In this document: in pieces, positions 1-9,024 of the stretch
Numbering within the stretch: position 1 is the first letter of the stretch
Layout: each line of letters opens with the position of its first letter
From: Candidatus Hydrogenedentota bacterium
GTDB lineage: Bacteria > Hydrogenedentota > Hydrogenedentia > Hydrogenedentales > SLHB01
Reading direction: 5' to 3'
Length of the DNA: 64,000 nucleotides
Assembly: GCA_963745075.1 (NCBI GenBank)
Contig: CAVUWV010000021.1
Coordinates: 64,001 to 128,000 of the forward strand
The notes under the pieces: model-generated
The model's database searches: none
What the model was told of the DNA's origin: nothing
The model's input: only the letters and a program-made list of their open reading frames with translations
Position numbers and translations under genes: made by a program

Positions 1-759
1 TTGACGCCAATTGATCTTCAAAATGGGAACGCCGTTCTTATACTCGACCCCCTGATACGGAACGTCTTCACCGGCATTAATTTGTGCCGTCTGCTGGTCG
101 ATGACCAGCAATTGCGGTTTCGAAATCAGGTCGGAATCCGACTTCGTCTCGATGGCCCGCAGAATACCGTCAATGGTCCCGCGATCGTCGTCGATGATAC
201 TGTACGTGAGACCGGCGCCGCGTCGCGTGTTGAGTTGGAACTCTCCGGGACGATTCGGATCGTTGACCAACGAGTTCCCCGGCGTCCACGGGGTGTCGGA
301 CTCGGGAGTCAGCCGCACGTTATCCGGGTAAGGGCTTCCGTCCGGCGCGGGCAACGTCGTCTGAAACGCCGGATCGGTGGGAACGAAGGTATCGGTCCGA
401 ACCCGTTCCACGGATCCGCTCTGTTCGGCGCCGCGCACAAAACGGGTGTAGTTGAGATTGGAGCCAATCTCGCGGGCGCCGTCTTCATCGGTCTGACTGA
501 TCCACACCTGAATCTGGACCTGACTGATCGGGGTCGGAGGCGGTGGCACGGCGGGCGCTTCCGCGGCCGGAGCCTCCGGGGCCGCGGCGGGCGCTTCGGC
601 AGCCGGGGCCGCGGCGGGCGCTTCGGCAGCCGGAGCCGCGGCGGGCGCCGCTTCTGCCGGTGGCGGTGCTGGCGCTGCCGGTGCTGGATCTTGCGCGTAG
701 ACCGTACCGCACGTCAACACCAACGCCGCGAGGAGACAGTTCTTAACTACGCGTACCAT
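1..759 (-). CDS. Secretin-core protein without N0-N3 domains; 3' end runs off the window
   Basis: Not in the ORF track; read manually from the ATG at 759, which overlaps the upstream stop (TAATG). Signal peptide MVRVVKNCLLAALVLTCGTVYAQ, Ala/Pro/Glu linker, then QVQIQVWISQ...LRAIETKSDSDLISKPQLLVIDQQTAQINAGEDVPY, which matches secretin core motifs. Confidence 0.8.
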   Translation of the reverse strand, partial: MVRVVKNCLLAALVLTCGTVYAQDPAPAAPAPPPAEAAPAAAPAAEAPAAAPAAEAPAAAPEAPAAEAPAVPPPPTPISQVQIQVWISQTDEDGAREIGSNLNYTRFVRGAEQSGSVERVRTDTFVPTDPAFQTTLPAPDGSPYPDNVRLTPESDTPWTPGNSLVNDPNRPGEFQLNTRRGAGLTYSIIDDDRGTIDGILRAIETKSDSDLISKPQLLVIDQQTAQINAGEDVPYQGVEYKNGVPILKINWRQ

Positions 760-1919
760 TACGGACTGCCTCCCAGTTCCGAGTCAATGCCTTCTTTCCG
801 TTTCTCGCCGGAGATCCCCTCGGCAATCCCTTCTGGGATATTCGCAATACCACCGATCACGTCGCCGATCACGTCGGTTGGCTTGACTCGTTCCTTCGGT
901 TGGTCCTCGTCCTCGAAGACCGACTCATCCGCCACGGTGTATGCAGGACGCCACGCCTCGCACTTGATGAAGAAGACGAGTTCGCGGCGCTGTTCTTCGG
1001 TCGTGCGATTGCCCAGCGTGGATGAAACGGGCGAACCGATGAGATTACCGGGAACCACTCGCTCCACAAGCCCGACGGCCAAGTCTTCGGCCTTCGTCAG
1101 CCCGGGCACGGAATCCAGGGATTTTGCCTTCCGGTTCCGGAACAGGCCGCCGAGAATGAGCACCTGCCCGTGACGCACCCAGACGTTGGTCGTAATGCTG
1201 CGCGAAACAAAAGTCGGTGCGACGACCTGGTTGGCGCCGGCAAAGCGGTCATCCACCGCGACGACGATGTCCTCACCGAGTTCCTTCACTTCGGCCATCA
1301 ACTGCAGTTGAATGTACGTATCGTCGACGGTAGTCCAGTCGCCATCGTCGTCGATCACTTCCGGCACACCGACCTGGAGGATGACGCCCGTCTTCCGAAA
1401 ATCGGTTACGCCGACGACCGTCGTCCCGACGACGGTCGGGTTCTCATACGGATTCTCCTCCACGGTCTCAATTATGGTGGGGACCGCATTACGCACCATC
1501 ACCATCGCTTTCGGACGGGACAGGATGTACGCACGGTTTTCGTTAACGAGTCCCTGGAGCACAAATTCGAGATCGCCATCACTCATGTGGATACGATCGA
1601 GAAAGACTGTAATTGCGCCTTCCGTGTCCAGGGGAAACGTCAGGTCAGCGGTGGATATGGCGCCCTGACCGTCGGAAACCCGGCCGTAGGTCTTCGGTTC
1701 ATTTCGACGGGCGTAGAAGGCGCTCAGCCCGGTGTCGACCCCTTTGGTCGCCTGGAATTCCACGACCTTCATCGTAACGGTAACCTGCTCCGGAGCGCCG
1801 ACCTGCGCGGGCGTCTCCGGCACGGTAATCGTGATGGGCGCCGCATCCTGGCCCCATGCGGCGACGCAGCACAGCAGCGACGTGATGGCCAGTATTCTGC
1901 AGATGGCTCGGGGCATCAT
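759..1919 (-). CDS. Secretin (type II/III secretion family) core protein without N-domains
   Basis: Signal peptide, QVTVTMKVVE, ILSRPKAMV, TGVILQVGVP, GQVLILGGL, VPGLTK, RRELVFFIK. Confidence 0.85.
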   Translation of the reverse strand: MMPRAICRILAITSLLCCVAAWGQDAAPITITVPETPAQVGAPEQVTVTMKVVEFQATKGVDTGLSAFYARRNEPKTYGRVSDGQGAISTADLTFPLDTEGAITVFLDRIHMSDGDLEFVLQGLVNENRAYILSRPKAMVMVRNAVPTIIETVEENPYENPTVVGTTVVGVTDFRKTGVILQVGVPEVIDDDGDWTTVDDTYIQLQLMAEVKELGEDIVVAVDDRFAGANQVVAPTFVSRSITTNVWVRHGQVLILGGLFRNRKAKSLDSVPGLTKAEDLAVGLVERVVPGNLIGSPVSSTLGNRTTEEQRRELVFFIKCEAWRPAYTVADESVFEDEDQPKERVKPTDVIGDVIGGIANIPEGIAEGISGEKRKEGIDSELGGSP

Positions 1920-1926
1920 GCCTCCC

Positions 1927-2928
1927 TTACCGCTCAAACGAACCTACGCATTCGTAGCGGTGAATGTCGTCGATATTCTGAAAGTTGCTGAACCGCACAC
2001 TGAACGCCCGGATTTCTCCCGGGTTCAGCCGCCCGATATTGACGGTGTTCGTGTCGTACACCATGTTGCCGAATCCGTAAATGGTCACAATCACCTGTAC
2101 CCCGTACAAGACACTGTCGCTGCGGTTGACGACCTGGCCGGTAACCACGTAGTACAAACTCTCGCGGGTCAGGAGGTCCCGCCCGCTCTGGAACGACGCC
2201 GTATTGATCACCGCGAGCGGTTGTTTTTCGATTTCGCGACGCTGCACCTCGGCCGGCGTTAGTACAACGTACCCGCCCGAAGGCAGGAATTCGATGCGCG
2301 AACTGACCTCGGGATCGCTCGCCGTCTCGGGGTTCACTTTCACCACCTGCGCGTAGAGCCGGCCGGCATATTCGTAGTCCCCGCGTTTCCAAAGCATATC
2401 GGCCAGCTTCAATTGGTTGTCGAGGTTATTCGGGTCCGCCTTCAGCGTCTCCGTCAGCGCGCGGATTCGGGCATCCAGCTTCTCGGGCGTCAAATACTGG
2501 CGCTCATACTCCTCTTGCAGGCTGGCGATATATTGCTGACTTTGGTCCGCGAACTCGCCGTCCGGCGCCAACCGCAAGTACTCATTGAACACTTCGATGG
2601 CTTCGCGGAAACTCTTGATTTCCATGTAGGCCACACCAAGCCAGTAGCGCGCGTCGAGCGATGACTTCGAGTTGGGGTACTTGCCGATAACTTGAAGAAG
2701 CCGTGGAATGACTACCGTCGTGTCGCCGGACTTGATCATCCGGCGGGCTTCTTCAACTTCCTTGCTGCTGGACCGCTCGTTTATGACACGGTTCTTCGAC
2801 ACCGGTGTCTCGGTCATCGGCGGGTTCGACCGCGGCGTCGTACACCCGGCCGACACGAAAAGAAGGGCCGTAACCGCAATTACTGCGAGCGGCAGGCCCA
2901 TGCACTGCGCGGATTTGCCTGATCTCAC
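1927..2928 (-). CDS. TPR lipoprotein (BamD/CpoB-like) with C-terminal FxLYD-type Ig-like domain
   Basis: Lipobox VSAG-C; ARYWLGVAY...FNEYLRLAPDG; C-terminal VTGQVVNRS...VTIYG...RLNPGEIRAFSV; GTG start at 2928 after AGGGGA. Confidence 0.75.
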   Translation of the reverse strand: MRSGKSAQCMGLPLAVIAVTALLFVSAGCTTPRSNPPMTETPVSKNRVINERSSSKEVEEARRMIKSGDTTVVIPRLLQVIGKYPNSKSSLDARYWLGVAYMEIKSFREAIEVFNEYLRLAPDGEFADQSQQYIASLQEEYERQYLTPEKLDARIRALTETLKADPNNLDNQLKLADMLWKRGDYEYAGRLYAQVVKVNPETASDPEVSSRIEFLPSGGYVVLTPAEVQRREIEKQPLAVINTASFQSGRDLLTRESLYYVVTGQVVNRSDSVLYGVQVIVTIYGFGNMVYDTNTVNIGRLNPGEIRAFSVRFSNFQNIDDIHRYECVGSFER

Positions 2929-2941
2929 TACCGACCGTCCC

Positions 2942-3373
2942 CTACTTCTTCGTTTCCTCTTCCTTCGCGACGTCACCATCGAGTTGCTTCAGAATGAGTT
3001 CGGTAATATCATCGGCAGCGATTGCAGGCTGGAGACTACCCAGATATCCCTGCGCCGCGATGAGATCGTATTCCGTATCCTGACCGACTTGGGCGATGGC
3101 GCGGGTCGTACGGTCACTGGCTCGGCTCATCAAAATCCAGTACTTCCCCGTTCCCCGCTCGATCTTGCTTTTTTTCAACTCTTTATACTCAGGAGTCGCC
3201 TTGATGATGGCGTCGTAGTCGATTTCCCCAGCCTTCTCGAAGCCGGTCGCCACGCCCCAATACACCTTTTGGGGGTCAACCTGTTCCTTGGGGATGGAGT
3301 GCATCTCCGCAAATGCCAGAGAGGCTGCCATCGCAATCGCAACCCACGCTGTGAATCTTGCGTTGGTACTCAT
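2942..3373 (-). CDS. Secreted hypothetical protein
   Basis: 143-aa ORF with signal peptide (AASLAFA-E) and GAGGGA RBS; first gene of the secretin operon. Confidence 0.75.
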   Translation of the reverse strand: MSTNARFTAWVAIAMAASLAFAEMHSIPKEQVDPQKVYWGVATGFEKAGEIDYDAIIKATPEYKELKKSKIERGTGKYWILMSRASDRTTRAIAQVGQDTEYDLIAAQGYLGSLQPAIAADDITELILKQLDGDVAKEEETKK

Positions 3374-3459
3374 GTTCGTAGTCCCTCACTTCGCCCAAAT
3401 GTTGTTATGGACTTACGCACAAGACAGGCATCGCAACCTGTGGTCCCGCACAGAACACC

Positions 3460-3488
3460 AGTCTACGAATTCTACTGCCGCATGTCAA
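3460..3488 (-). promoter_or_regulatory. Sigma70-type promoter of the secretin operon
   Basis: TTGACA-N17-TAGACT on the minus strand, about 90 bp upstream of the ATG at 3373. Confidence 0.6.
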
Positions 3489-3989
3489 CTGTTTATACGC
3501 GCCCCGCTTGGTGCTGTATGGAGAACCAAGGTCGGTAGGCTTTCCGCTAACCCCCCAAATTCGCGAGAGTTCCTGACGTTCGCCCAAATTGCTTTGGACG
3601 GGCGAGCCATCTCGTCGTACGCTACTCTCTCAGAAAGTGTATACTCACAATTACGGGAAAGTTGCACCGTTCGTTACAGACTTTCGAACACCTTTCCAGT
3701 TTGGAGCGGTATCTGTGCGTCTATACCTATCGCTGTTTCCGCACTAGACGCCACAAGGGCTTGTGGTATTCAGGGGGAAGTGATCCGGACTTCCTGAGGA
3801 GGGCAACACAGACGACTTCACGCATTCTTCGCGTAAGTTTAACCGACGGACCCCTGCCAAGGCAAATGCCCGCACGCTTTGTCAACAGGTTGCAATTTGG
3901 CCACGTTAGCTTTGACAGGGCATGGGCCGTTACCTAAAATGGGGTTCTCGTGCCCCACACAAGTACCTCTGAGTGAAAGGATTTCCCGT

Positions 3990-6650
3990 ATGACTGGACG
4001 TTTCCGCCTCCCGCTCGGGCTGTGCGTGTGTGCGCTAGGATTTGTTGCCTGGGCGGAAACCGGGGCCGGGCACGATCGGGCTCCGGACCCGGTTCAACGG
4101 CTTTGGGTGGAAAAGCTCGACGGGACACGGACTTCTCAAGCCCGTATCGAGGTTCATGTGGCCTCCCAGTATACGCTTCCGGCATCGGTGCTGTGGCAAG
4201 GCACCGTCGTGGCGACGGAAACTTTCGACGATGTCGTAGCCGAACTGACCGTGACATCACCAGACGGTGAGCCATTGAGCGAGGGCAGCGTGCAGTTGGA
4301 CGTCCGGCCTGGGGAGAACCCCTTCACGCTGACGTGGACTCCCGGCGCGCTTGAAGACGGGATCTACCAGGCACAGTTGAAGGTAGAACGCTCGGAAGAG
4401 ATGGTGCTCGCGACCCAGGATTATCGTATTCGCCAGATTTCCGAGAGCAACCTTACGACGCTCCTTGAATCGCTGGAGAGTGACTCGGCCCAATTGCGCG
4501 ATCACCTGGCCACCCACGCCGCAGGTGCGGCGCTCTCCCCTTACGCGACCATGCGCTTTGCGATCGCCGAAGATTACTTGCCAATCGTGAAAAAGGCCTT
4601 TGACGATGGTTCCTGGCGCCGGGCGCAGGACGACGGCACATTTCTCGCGAAACTGCTCGCTGCGGCACGGGTGGAATTGGCGTTCCGCCCGGCAGGGGAA
4701 GCCGGGGAGTCCTCCCCGTCCCCCCTCATCAGCGACGTTTCCGTTGAAAATGCGCGGTTTGTGAGCCAACAGCGGCCGGTATTTCTGTTCGGCGCAACGG
4801 GCGCCGCGGAGGAACTGGCCGCGTCGCTTCCGTCGCTGCGACGCTACGGTCTGAATCTGGTTGCGACGCGGGTAGGTCCGGCGGACACCCTCCCGAGTCG
4901 GGGTGGCAACGGCATCGTGCCGGCAGACCTCTTGAACCTGTTCGATGGCGCAAAGAAAGAAAGCATGGGAGTCAGCGTAAGCCTGGCGCCCAATAAAATG
5001 GCTCCGTGGGCATACGAGTCATGGCCCGCGCTCGCCGAGCACCATGCAGGCACCTTCCCCTACGATATTTCCCACCCGAAAGTGCAGCCGATTCTTGCGC
5101 AACACACCCGCACCATTGTGCAAAGTCTGGCGAATCGCGATGCCTTGGTAAGTATTGCCGTAGCCGATCGCCCGGAAATGCAGTTCATGGGAGAGCCGGT
5201 ACGCCAAGGGCTCATTGCGTTCGCAAAGCAGCAGTATGGCGACCGAACGACGATGAACCGAATTTGGGGCACGTTGTACCTGAACTTCGACGAGGTCAAG
5301 CTGTCCTGGGACTACGAGCGGCCGGCATACCGCCACGATCTGGAACTCTACGAACAGAAACTGGGAAGCATCTTTCTGGACCAACTCATCGACATGGTGC
5401 GGAAGCAGGCTCCGGATGTGCCCGTGCAGGTCAACTTCACCGACCGCGTGTTCGATCCCGGCGAATCGGCCTTTGGCGTAAACCGGGAAACGGTGGAACG
5501 GAAAACGGATATCAGCGGGTGTATGGCGAGCGAGGACCTCGGTCATTCCTATCTTGCGCTGGGCTATCCGTCGCAAAGCCTCAACTACACGCTGCTGCGC
5601 TCGATGAACCGTGGTGCCCCCGTGTTCAATGCGGAAGACACCTTTGTCGTACCGTCCATGGCTCTTGCGTCCACCTACGAGCCGGCGGCATATGCCCTGG
5701 AATGGGAAGGCGCGATGGCCGGGCTGGACGCGTCCACGGCGCCGTTGGGAAGCCGGGACGGGAATCCGCAAACGTTGCTGGGCCGCCCCCAGCGTTTGGA
5801 AGGCTTCGCGCGCGCATGTCTGGATCTGAATCGATTGGCCCCCATCGTGAACGCATTTCAGGATTCCGCACCGGAGGTCAGCATTCTCTGGAGTATGTCG
5901 TCTAAGGTCTACAACGACGGTGTCCCATATCTGGAATCCGTCAAACGGGCCTATGAAGGATGTCACACGTTTGGGTTCAAAGTGGAATTCCTGACCGAGG
6001 AGGACTGCGAAGGCGGCGCGCTGGATCGCGTCAAGATTCTGGTGATTCCGGACGTTCTTTCGATGTCGGACAAGGCGTTCCTCGCCGTGGACAAGTACAT
6101 CTCGAACGGCGGGATCGCGATACGTCAGGGAAAGCCGATCGCCTACAACCCGAGCGGGTTGGCGCGCCAAGACACCCTGACAACGTCCGCGCGGACGATT
6201 CTCATCCAGGGCATCGATTCGCCGACAAGCTATCTCCATGCTCTGGATGCGGCGTGTGCCTTGAACGGAGCGCCGTCGGTCCCCCGAGCCATCAATGCGT
6301 CACAATACCCCTTGGAGGGTGTCAAGACCCGATTCGTCGAGTACGATGGCAATGCGTATCTCTACGCGATCAACTTGCGTAAGACGGCCGAAACCGTATA
6401 TCTGGCGGGACGCTACGCCAGCGGCTTGGACCTAATCGGCGGCGCAACGGCCAAATTCCCAATGACGATGAACCCGTTGGAACCCATGCTGTTACGCCTG
6501 GACACGCCGGATGACAACGCCCCTGCCGAGGAGTCGAGCGAAGCGCCGAAAGCGGACGATGTTCCGCTCGGGATCGTCGAACCGATTCACCGGGCAGCCG
6601 TTGAAGAAAAGCCTGCACCGCGGCCTCACCGCCGTCATGGAACTCGCTAA
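3990..6650 (+). CDS. GH42 beta-galactosidase-like secreted protein with trimerization domain
   Basis: Signal peptide, N-terminal Ig-like region, RPVFLFG, QYGDRTTMNRIWGT (GH42 'L N..WGT' motif), PVFNAE, LDRVKILVIPDV trimerization-like domain. Confidence 0.65.
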   Translation: MTGRFRLPLGLCVCALGFVAWAETGAGHDRAPDPVQRLWVEKLDGTRTSQARIEVHVASQYTLPASVLWQGTVVATETFDDVVAELTVTSPDGEPLSEGSVQLDVRPGENPFTLTWTPGALEDGIYQAQLKVERSEEMVLATQDYRIRQISESNLTTLLESLESDSAQLRDHLATHAAGAALSPYATMRFAIAEDYLPIVKKAFDDGSWRRAQDDGTFLAKLLAAARVELAFRPAGEAGESSPSPLISDVSVENARFVSQQRPVFLFGATGAAEELAASLPSLRRYGLNLVATRVGPADTLPSRGGNGIVPADLLNLFDGAKKESMGVSVSLAPNKMAPWAYESWPALAEHHAGTFPYDISHPKVQPILAQHTRTIVQSLANRDALVSIAVADRPEMQFMGEPVRQGLIAFAKQQYGDRTTMNRIWGTLYLNFDEVKLSWDYERPAYRHDLELYEQKLGSIFLDQLIDMVRKQAPDVPVQVNFTDRVFDPGESAFGVNRETVERKTDISGCMASEDLGHSYLALGYPSQSLNYTLLRSMNRGAPVFNAEDTFVVPSMALASTYEPAAYALEWEGAMAGLDASTAPLGSRDGNPQTLLGRPQRLEGFARACLDLNRLAPIVNAFQDSAPEVSILWSMSSKVYNDGVPYLESVKRAYEGCHTFGFKVEFLTEEDCEGGALDRVKILVIPDVLSMSDKAFLAVDKYISNGGIAIRQGKPIAYNPSGLARQDTLTTSARTILIQGIDSPTSYLHALDAACALNGAPSVPRAINASQYPLEGVKTRFVEYDGNAYLYAINLRKTAETVYLAGRYASGLDLIGGATAKFPMTMNPLEPMLLRLDTPDDNAPAEESSEAPKADDVPLGIVEPIHRAAVEEKPAPRPHRRHGTR

Positions 6651-6805
6651 CCGCAGCATCGCCGGATTCATAAGGTGTCGTCTGCGATTCCGGAGCCGGT
6701 TTTGAGGGGCTCCGGCATGATTTGGTATCCTGTTTAGACGTGACCAAGGCGTTGGCGTAGTGCACTGCTTCGCTCAAAGTGTGGATTCCAATTATGGAGT
6801 GGTTG

Positions 6806-7339
6806 ATGTCGGTATTGAATGTCGTCTTGTATCCGGACGATCCGCTGACAAAAGTTGCGGATCCGGTCGAGTCGTTTACTCCGGAAATCGCCGATCTGGC
6901 TGCAAGCATGTTTGAGACCATGTACGCCTTCGATGGGGTTGGCTTGGCGGCACCACAGGTCGGGCTCGCGAAACGGCTCTTCGTGCTGAATGAACCGGAC
7001 GGCGCAAAGATGTGCCTCGTCAATCCCGAAATCCTCGAACGTGAAGGCGAAGAAAAGGGACAGGAGGGCTGCCTCAGTCTGCCGGAAATCTACCTGGACG
7101 TTCCCCGTGCAACGCGAATCGTGGTCCGGGCGCAGGACGTCTACGGGGAAGTGCGGGAATTCGAGGCCCATGATTTTCTGGCCCGAATCATTCAACACGA
7201 GCTGGATCATCTCGACGGGATCATCTTCCTGGATCGAGTCGACGTGTTGACGCGACATGCCATGCTCCAGGAGTGGCAGGAAGTCCGTAACCGCTTGCTG
7301 GCAAACTCCATTACCGGGAGCCGGCCTCGTGCTTTTTGA
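6806..7339 (+). CDS. def: Peptide deformylase
   Basis: GVGLAAPQVG, EGCLS and QHELDHLDG motifs. Confidence 0.96.
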   Translation: MSVLNVVLYPDDPLTKVADPVESFTPEIADLAASMFETMYAFDGVGLAAPQVGLAKRLFVLNEPDGAKMCLVNPEILEREGEEKGQEGCLSLPEIYLDVPRATRIVVRAQDVYGEVREFEAHDFLARIIQHELDHLDGIIFLDRVDVLTRHAMLQEWQEVRNRLLANSITGSRPRAF

Positions 7340-7931
7340 ATCCCCCTCGGTCGAGCGTCTCATCGAGGCGTTCCGGCGATTGCCCGGTGTGGGCAAGCGT
7401 TCGGCCGAACGGTACGCACTGCATCTCCTGAGCGCGCCGGCGGAAGAAGCCCGATTTATCAGCGAAGCCATTCGCGACGCCCGCGAACGAATCACCACCT
7501 GCTCGAAATGCTGTAATCTGACCGAAACCGATCCCTGCCCCATTTGCAGCCATCCCAATCGCGACCGCAGCCTGATTTGCGTGGTCGAGCGTCCTGCGGG
7601 AGTCATGGCGATCGAAAAAGGCGCCAGTTACCGAGGCCTGTATCACGTCCTGAACGGCGCCTTGAATCCGCTTGAAGGGATCGGCCCCGATGAAATCACC
7701 GTGGGGAAACTCATGGCCCGGCTTCGTGAAGGTGGGGTAACGGAAGTGATCGTCGCGACCAACGCCACGGCGGAAGGCGAAGCAACCGCGCTCTATCTCT
7801 CCCGTCAGATTGGGGAATTGGGGATCGCGGTGACGCGCATCGCCCATGGCGTCCCCATGGGCAGCGGATTGGAATTCGCCGACGACGTGACGTTGTCGCA
7901 TGCACTTCAAGGTCGAACGAAGCTCGGTTAA
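7329..7931 (+). CDS. recR: Recombination mediator RecR
   Basis: LPGVGKRSAER HhH motif, C4 zinc finger CSKC..PCPIC, Toprim VVE..YRGLYHVLNG..EGEATALY. Confidence 0.96.
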   Translation: MLFESPSVERLIEAFRRLPGVGKRSAERYALHLLSAPAEEARFISEAIRDARERITTCSKCCNLTETDPCPICSHPNRDRSLICVVERPAGVMAIEKGASYRGLYHVLNGALNPLEGIGPDEITVGKLMARLREGGVTEVIVATNATAEGEATALYLSRQIGELGIAVTRIAHGVPMGSGLEFADDVTLSHALQGRTKLG

Positions 7932-7947
7932 CCGGGGGAATTTGTCC

Positions 7948-8778
7948 ATGCGTACGTTGAAACAACTTTTTGACAACAACGAAGCCTGGGCGGCACGCAT
8001 GCTGAAACGGGATCCCCAGTTCTTCGATCGACTTTCCCGGCAACAGTCGCCCGAGTATCTCTGGATTGGTTGTTCCGACAGCCGGGTTCCGGCCAACGAG
8101 ATCGTGGGGTTATTGCCGGGGGAATTGTTCGTGCATCGCAACGTGGCGAATCTCGTCAATCACATCGATCTCAATTGTCTGTCCGTGTTGCAGTATGCCG
8201 TGGAGGCGTTGCGGGTGCGGCACATCATCGTTTGCGGCCACTACGGGTGCGGCGGCGTGCAGGCCGCCGTACGCAACGACAAACTCGGACTTATTGACAA
8301 CTGGCTGCGCCGGGTGCAGGAAGTGCGACGCAAACACGACGAGGTACTGGACGGACTCGTCGACGAATCCCAGTTGCTGAACCGGATGTGCGAACTCAAT
8401 GTCATCGAACAGGTCTATAACGTGAGCCGCACAACGGTCGTCGAAGACGCATGGTGGCACGGGCAGTCCTTGACGATTCACGGCTGGATTTACAGCCTTA
8501 AGGATGGTCTGCTCCACGACTTAGGGATGTGTGTCAGCCGGAAGGAAGAAGTGGCGGAAAGCTACCTGGCTGCCGTGACCGCACTGAAGGCAGCGAACGG
8601 CAGGACGCCGCGCCCCCAATCGATCCAAATTGGAACACCTCCGAAAGCACCGCGACCCGAAACGCCGAACCAATCCCGGGAGACCGAACCACCGGCGTCG
8701 CGTACCGCCCAAGCAGCGCCGGCGCCACGCACGCAAGAGAGATCCGGCGGACCGCCACCACTCCCCCCCTTGAAGTAG
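7948..8778 (+). CDS. can: Beta-class carbonic anhydrase with Pro-rich C-terminal tail
   Basis: WIGCSDSRVP, GELFVHRNVAN, GHYGCGGV. Confidence 0.93.
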   Translation: MRTLKQLFDNNEAWAARMLKRDPQFFDRLSRQQSPEYLWIGCSDSRVPANEIVGLLPGELFVHRNVANLVNHIDLNCLSVLQYAVEALRVRHIIVCGHYGCGGVQAAVRNDKLGLIDNWLRRVQEVRRKHDEVLDGLVDESQLLNRMCELNVIEQVYNVSRTTVVEDAWWHGQSLTIHGWIYSLKDGLLHDLGMCVSRKEEVAESYLAAVTALKAANGRTPRPQSIQIGTPPKAPRPETPNQSRETEPPASRTAQAAPAPRTQERSGGPPPLPPLK

Positions 8779-8813
8779 TCCTTTCCGAGCGTTCTTGCGA
8801 CGCGAAAAACCCA

Positions 8814-8842
8814 ATTTGATGTTCGATTTGATGTTCGATTTG
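8814..8842. repeat. 12-bp tandem repeat ATTTGATGTTCG, about 2.4 copies
   Basis: atttgatgttcg atttgatgttcg atttg, upstream of a TGGTATGAT extended -10-like element. Confidence 0.7.
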
Positions 8843-9024
8843 GGTGCGCAACAAAACCATGGTATGATAGAGGCCGGTTCGTTTCGGTTACTCCCGCCTC
8901 CTCCGGGTTTTTGCGGAGCATTGTGCCATGACCACGCAGACCGATGCAGGGTGGTCGTGCGTCCGACGGAACCGGCAAGACGTTGTAAACCAACCAGAAT
9001 CAACCCATAAGGGAACGCGAAGTC

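Noticed and set aside
1..1173. 390-aa plus-strand ORF with GRGGRFGSR repeats
   Set aside because: Antisense shadow of the secretin genes; the repeats mirror the AAEAPAAAP linker
3500..3980. ncRNA or small CDS in the divergent intergenic gap
   Set aside because: No convincing structure or coding signal
8821..8836. Alphaproteobacterial LexA box GTTC-N7-GTTC
   Set aside because: Spacing is N8 and the downstream gene is not SOS-related
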